In this document: positions 8,386 through 17,416 of the stretch, one piece after another
Layout: each line of letters begins with the position of its first letter
Numbering within the stretch: position 1 is the first letter of the stretch
The notes under the pieces: model-generated
What the model was told of the DNA's origin: nothing
Database searches by the model: none
The model's input: only the letters and a program-made list of their open reading frames with translations
Sequence record: SRR31156797_878
Length of the DNA stretch: 20,000 bases
Strand: one strand, 5' to 3'
Translations under genes and position numbers: made by a program

Positions 8386-8459
8386 TGTGGGAGATTATTA
8401 TGATTCATTTACCCTTATTGTTTTTGCTTTGGTGATTGGCCCCCTTGCCACACATTGCA

Positions 8460-8491
8460 CAAATTTATCATTCTTTTGATATGAAAACAAA
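8460..8491 (-). promoter_or_regulatory. Bacteroidota sigma-A-type promoter P2 of the EPS operon
   Basis: Minus strand TTTG (8491-8488), 20-nt spacer, TAAATTTG (8467-8460); a second full consensus match. Confidence 0.6.
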
Positions 8492-8633
8492 GGGATGGTG
8501 TAAATATTGAGAAGAAAAAAATCAGGATTACAGCTAAGATTTGATCAATAAATTCTTGAAAATGACAAAAAGGAAGCTAATTCCAGGAATCAATTGGATG
8601 CGTCAAAATCTCATGGATGACAGTTTTCGAAAC

Positions 8634-10658
8634 TTATTCCTGCTCTTTTTTTAGCAATTCCTCAAGTCCGAATAACTCATCCCTAAGTCGTGCAGCTTCA
8701 ATAAAATCCAGCTCTTTCACAGCTTCATCCATTTTCTTTTTGGTTTTCTGAATGGCCTTAGCAATCTGATCTTTGTTCATGTATTGCACAACAGGGTCAG
8801 CAGCAACATTTTGTTCGGTGTTTTCAACGTAAGCTTTAGGTTGCCCTTTTCCGCCGGCAACCGAAGTCTGGCCCATAATCGAATCTGTGGATTTTACCAG
8901 TGGGGTAGGTGTAATGCTGTGTTCTTCGTTGTATTTCAATTGTTTTTCCCGCCGCCGGTCAGTTTCGTCGATTGTTTTTTGCATCGAATCGGTAATTTCA
9001 TCAGCATACATGATCACCAGTGAATTTACATTCCTCGCTGCACGGCCAGCTGTTTGGGTCAGCGATCGCTCCGAGCGAAGGAAGCCCTCCTTATCCGCAT
9101 CCAGAATTGCTACCAGGGAAACCTCAGGTAAATCGAGGCCTTCACGCAAAAGGTTAACACCAACCAGTACATCAAAATCACCCAACCGTAATTCCCTGAG
9201 GATTTCAACGCGTTGGAGTGTATCAACATCAGAATGAATGTAACGTGATTTCACATCCAGCTTGGTCAGGTATTTATACAGTTCTTCGGCCATCCGCTTG
9301 GTTAGTGTGGTAACCAGAATCCGCTCGTTGTTCCGGATAACACGGTCGATTTCTTCGAGCAGGTCATCAATCTGGTTTTGGCTGGGTCGCACTTCGATAA
9401 CCGGATCGAGCAATCCTGTGGGTCTGATGAGCTGTTCTACAACCACACCCTCACTTTTTTGCAGTTCAAATTCAGCAGGTGTTGCACTTACATAAATAGT
9501 TTGACCTGTGAGGGCTTCAAATTCATCAAATTTCAGCGGGCGGTTATCCATCGCAGATGGCAACCTGAAACCGAATTCAACCAAAGTTTGCTTTCGTGAC
9601 CTGTCGCCACCATACATGGCCCTGATCTGTGAAATTGTTACATGGCTTTCATCAACCACCATAACAAAATCCTCGGGAAAATAGTCCAGCAGACAAAAAG
9701 GTCGGGTCCCCGGTTTACGGCCGTCAAAATACCTGGAGTAATTTTCAATACCGGAACAATAGCCCAACTCGCGCATCATCTCAATGTCATAGTTTACGCG
9801 GTCTTCCAGACGCTTGGCCTCTATGTGCTTCCCAATTTCCTTAAAATATTCAACCTGCTTAAACATATCCTGCTGGATGTCGTTGAGGGCAGCTTTCATT
9901 TTGTCTTTAGAAGTCACAAAAATGTTGGCAGGATAAATGGTGATCTGGTGGTAACTATCTTTTTCACGTCCACTAACCGGATCAAAAGTGAGCAACTCTT
10001 CAATCTCATCACCCCACATCACAATGCGGTAGGCAAAATCGGCATAAGCCGGAAAGACGTCAATCACGTCACCTTTAATACGAAATGTCCCATGCCTGAA
10101 ATCCATTTCATTCCTGGAATAAAGGCTGCCCACCAGATCAAACAAAAACTTTTCGCGGGACAGATACTGCCCGGTTTCCAGATTTATAACGTTGTTGGTG
10201 AAATCGTCCGGGTTTCCAATACCATAGATACAGGATACCGAAGAAACCACAATAATATCCCTGCGGCCCGAAAGCAAAGAAGAAGACGTACTTAACCTTA
10301 GCTTTTCAATTTCATCATTGATGGATAGATCCTTTTCGATGTAGGTATTAGTAACCGGAATAAAAGCCTCAGGCTGGTAGTAATCATAATAAGAAACAAA
10401 ATATTCTACCGCATTATTCGGGAAAAACTGTTTAAACTCGCCATAGAGCTGGGCGGCCAGGGTTTTATTATGGCTCAGCACCAGGGCAGGCCGGTTGACT
10501 TCCTTCAACACGTTGGCAATGGTGAATGTTTTACCGGAGCCTGTAACCCCCAGCAATACCTGGGCAGGATCGTCTCGCTTAAGCCCTTCAACAAGTTGTT
10601 TGATGGCTTCGGGCTGATCGCCGGTAGGTTTATAGTCTGAGGTTAGTTGAAAATTCAT
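8634..10658 (-). CDS. uvrB: Excinuclease ABC subunit UvrB
   Basis: PTGDQPEAI, Walker A GVTGSGKT, YFVSYYDYYQPEA, DESH, NLLREGLDLPEVSLVAILDADKEGFLRS, QTAGRAARN and C-terminal UVR motif LDFIEAARLRD. Confidence 0.99.
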   Translation of the reverse strand: MNFQLTSDYKPTGDQPEAIKQLVEGLKRDDPAQVLLGVTGSGKTFTIANVLKEVNRPALVLSHNKTLAAQLYGEFKQFFPNNAVEYFVSYYDYYQPEAFIPVTNTYIEKDLSINDEIEKLRLSTSSSLLSGRRDIIVVSSVSCIYGIGNPDDFTNNVINLETGQYLSREKFLFDLVGSLYSRNEMDFRHGTFRIKGDVIDVFPAYADFAYRIVMWGDEIEELLTFDPVSGREKDSYHQITIYPANIFVTSKDKMKAALNDIQQDMFKQVEYFKEIGKHIEAKRLEDRVNYDIEMMRELGYCSGIENYSRYFDGRKPGTRPFCLLDYFPEDFVMVVDESHVTISQIRAMYGGDRSRKQTLVEFGFRLPSAMDNRPLKFDEFEALTGQTIYVSATPAEFELQKSEGVVVEQLIRPTGLLDPVIEVRPSQNQIDDLLEEIDRVIRNNERILVTTLTKRMAEELYKYLTKLDVKSRYIHSDVDTLQRVEILRELRLGDFDVLVGVNLLREGLDLPEVSLVAILDADKEGFLRSERSLTQTAGRAARNVNSLVIMYADEITDSMQKTIDETDRRREKQLKYNEEHSITPTPLVKSTDSIMGQTSVAGGKGQPKAYVENTEQNVAADPVVQYMNKDQIAKAIQKTKKKMDEAVKELDFIEAARLRDELFGLEELLKKEQE

Positions 10659-10673
10659 GGTATCCGGATGTAT

Positions 10674-11801
10674 TTATTTTCTCACTTTAAAGTAACACGA
10701 TATCGGGTAATGGTCAGAATACTTTACATCATGTTTTTCGAACCGAAACGCTTCCAGGGCATAACTGTGCAGGATGTAATCAATCCTCAGCAGCGGTATT
10801 CCGCCTGCATAAGTTTGTCCAAAACCATTGCCAATTTCCAGGAAAGCATCATCAAGTCCACTGGAAACTTTTTGATAAACATACGAAAGGGGGGTGTCAT
10901 TAAAATCACCACAAACGATCACTGGGTATGGTGAGGCATTGATGTAGCGGGCGACTTTTTCAGCCTGTTTAGCACGCCTTTTTATAGCATTGCTGATCTT
11001 ACCAATGATAACTTTTGAATTTGATGCAGGTGTTGCCGCACCCGGATCAATAAAGTCGGAGACATATTTATGATCGGACCGGCTGAGTTTTACCGATTCG
11101 AGGTGAAAGTTAAAAATCCTGATGGTATCGGATTGGAAAAGGATATCTGTATAGATTCCTGAGTTTGCCCTTGCCCCTTCAAATCGTATTTTCCCTTCGC
11201 CAACAATAGGAAAGCGAGTAAAAGTAGCCAGTCCGAAGTGCTTGGTTTTGTTGCCTTTTACCAACACATAATCCACGTGATAATTCTTTGTTTCGCTCAT
11301 TTCAACAAATGGACCAACAGTTGGAAAGCTCTTTTCAGTTCCATGAAAAAATTCCTGGAAGCAAACGATATCAGCCTGTTGGCTATTGGTGAATTCAAAA
11401 ACAGCGTTTCGTGTAAAATAGTTTTGGCCACCTGTCCATTTGTACTGGTCGAAGAGCCTGACATTATAAGAAACAAGCTTTATTGCATCCTTGTAATTGC
11501 CAACCGGTTTATCACTATTAAATGCAAATGTTTTGAAAAAATAGCTGTAACCACCTGCAATGGCCAACAGTGAGAGAAGAAAATATATGCGCAGCCGGAA
11601 TATCCAAAAGATTACAAACAAAATGTTGATCGCAAACAAGGCTGGGTAAAATAATGCAGCCAGAGCAGGTATAACAGAAGTTTCAGGGTCGGTAACCGGT
11701 GAAAGATATGCCGCAATGAGCGGTAGGATCAATAAAAAATTAATGATCAGAATGATCTTTGTAAACCAGCTTTTCTTCTTTTTTTGTTTTTGCCGGTCCA
11801 T
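10674..11801 (-). CDS. Membrane-anchored endonuclease/exonuclease/phosphatase (EEP) family protein
   Basis: Three N-terminal hydrophobic segments followed by intact EEP motifs SYNV, CFQEF, CGDFN, RIDYIL and SDHYP. Confidence 0.92.
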   Translation of the reverse strand: MDRQKQKKKKSWFTKIILIINFLLILPLIAAYLSPVTDPETSVIPALAALFYPALFAINILFVIFWIFRLRIYFLLSLLAIAGGYSYFFKTFAFNSDKPVGNYKDAIKLVSYNVRLFDQYKWTGGQNYFTRNAVFEFTNSQQADIVCFQEFFHGTEKSFPTVGPFVEMSETKNYHVDYVLVKGNKTKHFGLATFTRFPIVGEGKIRFEGARANSGIYTDILFQSDTIRIFNFHLESVKLSRSDHKYVSDFIDPGAATPASNSKVIIGKISNAIKRRAKQAEKVARYINASPYPVIVCGDFNDTPLSYVYQKVSSGLDDAFLEIGNGFGQTYAGGIPLLRIDYILHSYALEAFRFEKHDVKYSDHYPISCYFKVRK

Positions 11802-11807
11802 ACAGGC

Positions 11808-12746
11808 CTAGTTCCTTTTTTTACTCGATTGAAACAACATTTCTTTTTCATCCCTGGACAGGCTGCCATAGCCAGATCTCGAAATTTTTTCTAAAATTTT
11901 GTCTATCCGTTCCTGGTCCACATTTTTGCGTGCATTGTATTCTTCATCGGTCAAAGGACGGCCCTCATCAAAATTTGAACGGTAATCCGACTGTTTCTTT
12001 GGCTTGGTGAAAAATTTAAAAAACTTTCTAAAGTTCATGTGCCCTAAGTTTAATGTAAGATCTTTCCCCCGTTTCATCATGTAAACATAAATAAACCCCC
12101 AGAATGCTCCGCCAAGGTGTGCAATATGCCCACCTGAATTTCCTCCCATAATACTTAATAAATCTATCAAAATTACGATTAGCGCCAGGTATTTTAGTTT
12201 GACCCTGCCGAAAAGAAACAATACTACAGAGTATTCAGGCACGTAGGTTGAAACTGCTATTAAAACAGCCAGTACCGATGCAGAGGCCCCAAGGGCTACT
12301 GAATAGTCCAAAGACTGACTGAAAACCGGAAAAAAATTAAATGCCGCTATGTAGAAAAATGCACCCGTAAGCCCCCCCAGAATATACGTGCTCAACAATT
12401 TACGGTCAGACAGGTACTCCATAAATATCCTGCCACCAAAATAAAGTACGATCATATTGAACAGTATGTGAAAGAAATCCTCGTGCAGAAACATGTAAGT
12501 TAGTAACGACCAGGGTCGCAGAAGCAATGCCTCGATGTTGGACGGAACTGCGAGGTAATAAGCCAGGTATGAAACGCCGGGTAAGCCCTGGGGGTGATTG
12601 GTAATTTGGAATAACCAGAACACCAGGTTAACAATGTTGATAAGAATAAAAACCACAACATTGATGATGATGAGTTTTTTCAGAATCGTCGATTTTCTGA
12701 AAAATAATTTGAACTCATCAAGGGGATTTTGTCGGTAATACATCAT
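11808..12746 (-). CDS. Rhomboid intramembrane serine protease with soluble C-terminal tail (DUF6576-like)
   Basis: PWSLLTYMFLH, HILFNM, catalytic GAS (VALGASAS) and HIAHLGG; tail IDKILEKISRSGYGSLSRDEKEMLF. Confidence 0.92.
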   Translation of the reverse strand: MMYYRQNPLDEFKLFFRKSTILKKLIIINVVVFILINIVNLVFWLFQITNHPQGLPGVSYLAYYLAVPSNIEALLLRPWSLLTYMFLHEDFFHILFNMIVLYFGGRIFMEYLSDRKLLSTYILGGLTGAFFYIAAFNFFPVFSQSLDYSVALGASASVLAVLIAVSTYVPEYSVVLFLFGRVKLKYLALIVILIDLLSIMGGNSGGHIAHLGGAFWGFIYVYMMKRGKDLTLNLGHMNFRKFFKFFTKPKKQSDYRSNFDEGRPLTDEEYNARKNVDQERIDKILEKISRSGYGSLSRDEKEMLFQSSKKRN

Positions 12747-12747
12747 G

Positions 12748-13497
12748 CTAATAAACGCCTCTTCGTTTCCAAAATTTTATAAGCAGGAACCCAACAATCA
12801 TCCCGCCAAGGTGAGCAAATCGTGCAACACTGTCACCCGGACGGTTGGCAATTCCAAATATGAGTTCTATTAAACCATAACCTATCACAAAATATTTGGC
12901 TTTGATTGGAAACAGAAAATACAGGTAAAGTGGTGTGTTGGGGAACATCATTCCGAAAGCAAGCAATATTCCAAATACAGCTCCCGAAGCTCCAATCATG
13001 GGTGTATTGATGAGCATGTTTAGGGTTGCCATGTTTTCGTTTACGTAATTCTTTCCCTGTTTAAGTGCTGTAAGGCCGTCCCTGTAAACAGTGTTGACCA
13101 GCTCAGGATCCATCTGTGATTCGATGGTTACAATGCGTAGATAGGTTACCAGCAATTGAATGAGCGCTGCCCCAATCCCCGTTAAAATGTAGTATTGCAA
13201 AAACCGTTTCGAACCCCACACATTTTCAAGCATGTAACCAAACATCCAAAGGGCAAACATATTAAACAAGATGTGGTGGAATCCGCCATGCATAAACATA
13301 TGCGTTACCAGTTGGGCTACATTAAAACGTTCGGAAGTAAAAAAATGCAGGCCGAGGTAATCAACCAGGTCAAAGCCAGCACTGCCGAGGGCAAGGGTTG
13401 CCAAAAACATCAGCCCGTTTATGATGAGCAGGTTCTTTACAACCGGTGGCAGGAAAGAAAAGCCCCGGGGAGAATATTGCTGTTGTTGATAATTCAT
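12748..13497 (-). CDS. Rhomboid intramembrane serine protease
   Basis: THMFMHGGFHHILFNM, catalytic MIGASGAVFG and FAHLGG. Confidence 0.93.
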   Translation of the reverse strand: MNYQQQQYSPRGFSFLPPVVKNLLIINGLMFLATLALGSAGFDLVDYLGLHFFTSERFNVAQLVTHMFMHGGFHHILFNMFALWMFGYMLENVWGSKRFLQYYILTGIGAALIQLLVTYLRIVTIESQMDPELVNTVYRDGLTALKQGKNYVNENMATLNMLINTPMIGASGAVFGILLAFGMMFPNTPLYLYFLFPIKAKYFVIGYGLIELIFGIANRPGDSVARFAHLGGMIVGFLLIKFWKRRGVY

Positions 13498-13529
13498 TGT
13501 TTCTGTTTCGAAAATTAACTTTTGGATTC

Positions 13530-15380
13530 CTAATTTTGTTCAGTGTCAGGCCGTTCAATATGCATCAAATCCTGCAAGGAGATTATCCTGATAACCAAAT
13601 TTCCGTCGATTGAAACATCAGGTACCTGGCAGGCAAACAACGATTCGATCATGCTTTTCATTTCAATCTGTTGCAATTTTCTTCCGCGTTTTATCGACAT
13701 GTTTTTGGCCAGGGAGCGCGCTAAATTATATTTTTTATCCAGGTTTAACTCCAGCATATTGGTTTTGTAATTGTCGATGATCCCCTCGATTAGCTCGGAC
13801 ACGTTTTGTTGTTTTAACCCTGACGGCGTCCCATGAACGATGAACTGAAATTTCTCGTCCGGATCAGGCTTAATGATAAATCCCAGCATATTAAGTTCGC
13901 TCCTCAGTTCATCCAGCAACTCTGCTTCTGCCGGGGGAAAGTTTATCGTAACCGGGAATAGCTCCTGTTGCGATAATGCCTGCCGCTTGCCCAACAGGTT
14001 GAGGTAGCGCTCATACAAGATCCGTTCGTGTGCATTTTGCTGATCAATCACCATCAGTCCCGACTTAACCTGAGACAGAATATAAGCGTTGTGTAACTGA
14101 AAAAAATGGTCGGCATCTTCATTTTCGGTTTCAAATTCAAGCCTTTCTGTTTGTTCCTGTACTGGCTTTTCCGGGAATGATTGAGTACGCTGTTGATCAT
14201 CTCTGGCGGGGTAAAGTTTTTCCCAGTTTTCCTGGTTGTGTTTCACCCTAGGCGGCATATCATTTTGAGTTGATTCAAAAGGATTATAGTTTGGGTTTAA
14301 TTTAATTCCGGGCTGCCGAATTGGCGTTTCCCTCGAAGGCATCCTAAAATCAAGCGAAGGGTCTTTTTCAAAATCGAGGCTGGGGGTAACACTGAATTTT
14401 CCCAGGGCAGCCTTTACTGCAGATCGCAACACCGAATACATCATTTTTTCGTCCTGGAACTTGATCTCGGTTTTGGTAGGGTGGATGTTGATGTCAATTT
14501 CTCCCGGGTCGATTTCGATAAAGATGAAATATGCAGGGTAGGCTTTTTCGGGGAGTAACTGGTCAAAAGCATTGTCAACAGCATGATTCAGGTAGGCATG
14601 TTTCATAAACCGCTGGTTGACAAAAAAGTATTGTTCACCCCTGATTTTTTTGGCAAATTCCGGCTTACCTACAAATCCTTTTATTGTTAGTTTTTCCAGC
14701 TCCTGTTCGATGGGAATCAGCCGTTGCTTAAAATTTTGACCAAACAGCGCCACAATGCGCTCCTTCAACGAACCAGGCCTGAGCTGAAATACGGGTTTCC
14801 CATTGTTAAACATACCAAACGAAAGATTGGCATGCGCCAGCGCAACACGCTGAAACTCTTCCAGGATATGCCTGAGTTCAACATTGTTCGATTTGAGGAA
14901 TTTACGGCGGGCAGGAACATTATAAAACAGGTTCTTCACCAAAATGGATGTTCCGGCAGGACATTGACAAAAATCCTGGTCTTTCACCTCCGATCCTTCA
15001 ATTTTCAGGCAGGTTCCCAATTCTTCATCGGTCATCCTTGATTTTAATTCAACCTGTGCAATAGCTGCAATAGAAGCCAGGGCTTCCCCACGAAAGCCCA
15101 TGGTCCGGATGGAAAAAAGGTCGTTTACCGATTGAATTTTGGAGGTAGCGTGTCGCTCAAAAGCCATCCTGGCATCAGTGGCAGAAAGGCCACAGCCGTT
15201 ATCCGTTACCTGGATCAGTGTTTTTCCTGCATCTTTAATTACAAGATCGATTTGGTTGGCTCCGGCATCTATGGCGTTTTCAAGCATTTCCTTTACCGCC
15301 GAAGCCGGCCGCTGAATCACTTCTCCTGCTGCAATCTGGTTGGCTACCGCATCGGGTAACAAATGAATGATATCAGGCAT
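13530..15380 (-). CDS. mutL: DNA mismatch repair protein MutL
   Basis: NQIAAGEVIQRPASAVKEMLENAIDAGA, HATSKI, GFRGEALASI, DINIHPTKTE and endonuclease-type motif DQQNAHERILYE. Confidence 0.99.
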   Translation of the reverse strand: MPDIIHLLPDAVANQIAAGEVIQRPASAVKEMLENAIDAGANQIDLVIKDAGKTLIQVTDNGCGLSATDARMAFERHATSKIQSVNDLFSIRTMGFRGEALASIAAIAQVELKSRMTDEELGTCLKIEGSEVKDQDFCQCPAGTSILVKNLFYNVPARRKFLKSNNVELRHILEEFQRVALAHANLSFGMFNNGKPVFQLRPGSLKERIVALFGQNFKQRLIPIEQELEKLTIKGFVGKPEFAKKIRGEQYFFVNQRFMKHAYLNHAVDNAFDQLLPEKAYPAYFIFIEIDPGEIDINIHPTKTEIKFQDEKMMYSVLRSAVKAALGKFSVTPSLDFEKDPSLDFRMPSRETPIRQPGIKLNPNYNPFESTQNDMPPRVKHNQENWEKLYPARDDQQRTQSFPEKPVQEQTERLEFETENEDADHFFQLHNAYILSQVKSGLMVIDQQNAHERILYERYLNLLGKRQALSQQELFPVTINFPPAEAELLDELRSELNMLGFIIKPDPDEKFQFIVHGTPSGLKQQNVSELIEGIIDNYKTNMLELNLDKKYNLARSLAKNMSIKRGRKLQQIEMKSMIESLFACQVPDVSIDGNLVIRIISLQDLMHIERPDTEQN

Positions 15381-15404
15381 AAATGGCTATCGTCCTCAAA
15401 ATTC

Positions 15405-15674
15405 TTAAACAAAAAACATAAAATAAACCAACAAAGCTACTACCACCAGGTAAACCAAAAGGTTGACTCCTTTTGATCTGTGGCGGTTCCTCTTGTCGAT
15501 GTGGCGCCAGCGGAGGTCAATATTTCTTTTTAGCGTTTCCGATGAAACATTGCCTTTTTCCGCCTCTGCAAACGCTTTACGCCGCTCTTCTTTACGCTCC
15601 TTTTCCTCATCGTAATAGCGTGGCTTATAATCGAATTGCCGGGGCTTTGGCCGTTTAAAAAATACGATCTGCAT
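15405..15674 (-). CDS. Small hypothetical protein with a C-terminal membrane anchor
   Basis: 89 aa; KPRQFDYKPRYY basic/aromatic N-terminus and one C-terminal TM (LLVYLVVVALLVYFMFFV); 24 nt upstream of mutL on the same strand. Confidence 0.8.
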   Translation of the reverse strand: MQIVFFKRPKPRQFDYKPRYYDEEKERKEERRKAFAEAEKGNVSSETLKRNIDLRWRHIDKRNRHRSKGVNLLVYLVVVALLVYFMFFV

Positions 15675-15692
15675 GTGTGAATTAATTTATGA

Positions 15693-15700
15693 CAAAATTA
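15693..15700 (-). promoter_or_regulatory. Candidate -7 promoter element for the mutL gene run
   Basis: TAATTTTG on the minus strand, 18 nt upstream of the ATG at 15674; no matching TTTG -33 element seen. Confidence 0.5.
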
Positions 15701-15846
15701 GCACATATTCCCGAACCTGTTTGCCGGGGATGATAAAACGTATTTATTGCGTACTTCATTATTAATTGTGAGCTTTTATTAAAATTGGTTATGCACCAGA
15801 TTATGTAATTTTACCAGCTATTTCAATAAGCAAATCCATATTTAAT

Positions 15847-16224
15847 ATGACAGAGAAACCAATTATCAGTAAACTGATTGTTGTGGGAGACAGGGTTTTG
15901 ATCAGGCCAAAAACACAGAGTAACAAATCGCGCGGAGGGCTCTACCTGCCACCTGGTTACAAGGAAAAAGAGGAAGTGCAAAGTGGTTATGTGGTAAAAG
16001 CCGGGCCGGGGTATCCAATTCCGCTTCCCGGAGATGATATGGATGAACCCTGGAAAAATTCGGAGGAAAAAACAAAGTACATTCCGCTTCAGGCTAAAGT
16101 TGGCGACCTGGCCATTTTTATGCAAAAAGGTGCTGTAGAAGTCATGTTTCATGGCGACAAGTTTTTCATCGTACCGCAACACTCCATCTTATTGCTGGAG
16201 CGGGATGATGAACTATTCGACTAG
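15847..16224 (+). CDS. GroES/Cpn10-family co-chaperonin (stand-alone paralogue)
   Basis: VVGDRVLIRP, mobile-loop-like SRGGLYLP, GYVVKAGPG, AKVGDLAIF; no groEL adjacent. Confidence 0.88.
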   Translation: MTEKPIISKLIVVGDRVLIRPKTQSNKSRGGLYLPPGYKEKEEVQSGYVVKAGPGYPIPLPGDDMDEPWKNSEEKTKYIPLQAKVGDLAIFMQKGAVEVMFHGDKFFIVPQHSILLLERDDELFD

Positions 16225-16282
16225 GATTTTTACACTAAATTTCTAATTTTATCCCAACCCCATCACCTGGAATAACACCAAT

Positions 16283-17416
16283 ATGAAATTTTTAATTGCC
16301 TGTCTGATTTCAATTTTATTGATCATCGTATCCTGCACAGAGTCGGGGAATCATGATGCAAATTCCGGTAAGGATTTTGTTGAAATATCGACTGCTGATC
16401 CGGATGTTGCCAGTGGATTTAAGGTGACTGAAAACGGGAATACCAAACTAATTGAGATTTACAATCCATGGGATACAACATTGCCGGCACAGAAAATTTA
16501 CCTTGTTCGGGAAGATGTGGATATGAAAGCAAACCGGGATGGAACCGTGATAAAAGTACCGGTTAAAAGTGTGGTTTGCATGTCGGCCTCTCAGTTATCT
16601 TATTTACAGGCGATTGATGAAATTGATGCTGTCGTTGGGGTTTCAAATGCGTCCTATTTTGTTTCTACAGATTTTAAAGAGCTCATTCGATCAGGAAAGG
16701 TGAGTGAAGTGGGTATTGGAGATCAATTTAAACTGGAAGAGATGATCAACCTTTCTCCTGACCTGGTTTTGGTTTCTCCACAGAAGGGACAGGATTTTAA
16801 AGCCTTAACAAATGCCGGTTTAAAGGTCATTCCTTTTGGCGAGTACCTTGAAAATCATCCGCTGGGCAGGGCAGAGTGGATTAAATTTATGGGCTTGCTC
16901 ACCGGAAAAGAAGATGTTGCCAGACAGATTTTTGATTCAATTTCAAATGCATACACACAATTAAAAAATATAGCCTCAAGAACAACAATTCGACCTACAG
17001 TAATCACGGGAAAACAATATGGAGGCTTCTGGAACCTTTCCGGTGGAATGAGTTATGAAGCCCGCTTTTTAGCTGATGCCGGGGTGGATTATATTTGGAG
17101 TAATGATTTAAGTACGGGTGGTATAATGCTTGATTTTGAGACTGTTTACGATCGTGGGCTGAATGCCGATTTTTGGCGTTTCCTGGTTTATTCAACAGAT
17201 GATTTTACCTATGAAGACCTTTTAAATGAAGATGCCCGGTATGCGGATTTTAAATCTTTTAAAGAAAAAAAGATCATCATTTGCAACACCATGAAAAAGC
17301 CTTTTTTTGAGAAAAGCTTTCTTGAACCGGAGGTAATACTCGCGGACTACATCCATATTTTTCATCCGGAGTTGTTGCCTGATCATCAAAATGTTTATTA
17401 CGAATTAATGAAATGA
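16283..17416 (+). CDS. Cobalamin/iron-siderophore ABC transporter substrate-binding lipoprotein (BtuF-like)
   Basis: Lipoprotein signal with Cys18 (LLIIVSC); KVPVKSVVCMS, EYLENHPLGRAEWIKF and PEVILAD...IFHPELLP match class III periplasmic binding proteins. Confidence 0.88.
   Translation: MKFLIACLISILLIIVSCTESGNHDANSGKDFVEISTADPDVASGFKVTENGNTKLIEIYNPWDTTLPAQKIYLVREDVDMKANRDGTVIKVPVKSVVCMSASQLSYLQAIDEIDAVVGVSNASYFVSTDFKELIRSGKVSEVGIGDQFKLEEMINLSPDLVLVSPQKGQDFKALTNAGLKVIPFGEYLENHPLGRAEWIKFMGLLTGKEDVARQIFDSISNAYTQLKNIASRTTIRPTVITGKQYGGFWNLSGGMSYEARFLADAGVDYIWSNDLSTGGIMLDFETVYDRGLNADFWRFLVYSTDDFTYEDLLNEDARYADFKSFKEKKIIICNTMKKPFFEKSFLEPEVILADYIHIFHPELLPDHQNVYYELMK

Noticed and set aside
8323-8633. 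Possible invertible promoter, ops element or uvrB terminator
   Set aside because: No long flanking inverted repeats, no recombinase or upxY, and only short dyads (e.g. ATTCCAGGAAT) without a convincing stem plus U-tract.
9642-10295. 217-aa plus-strand ORF and other plus-strand ORFs within 8784-10934
   Set aside because: Antisense shadows of uvrB and the EEP gene with no recognisable motifs.
12805-12835. Rhomboid motif reads VARFAHLGG rather than the common VAHFAHLGG
   Set aside because: The catalytic His in AHLGG and the GASG serine are intact, so there is no basis for calling it inactive.
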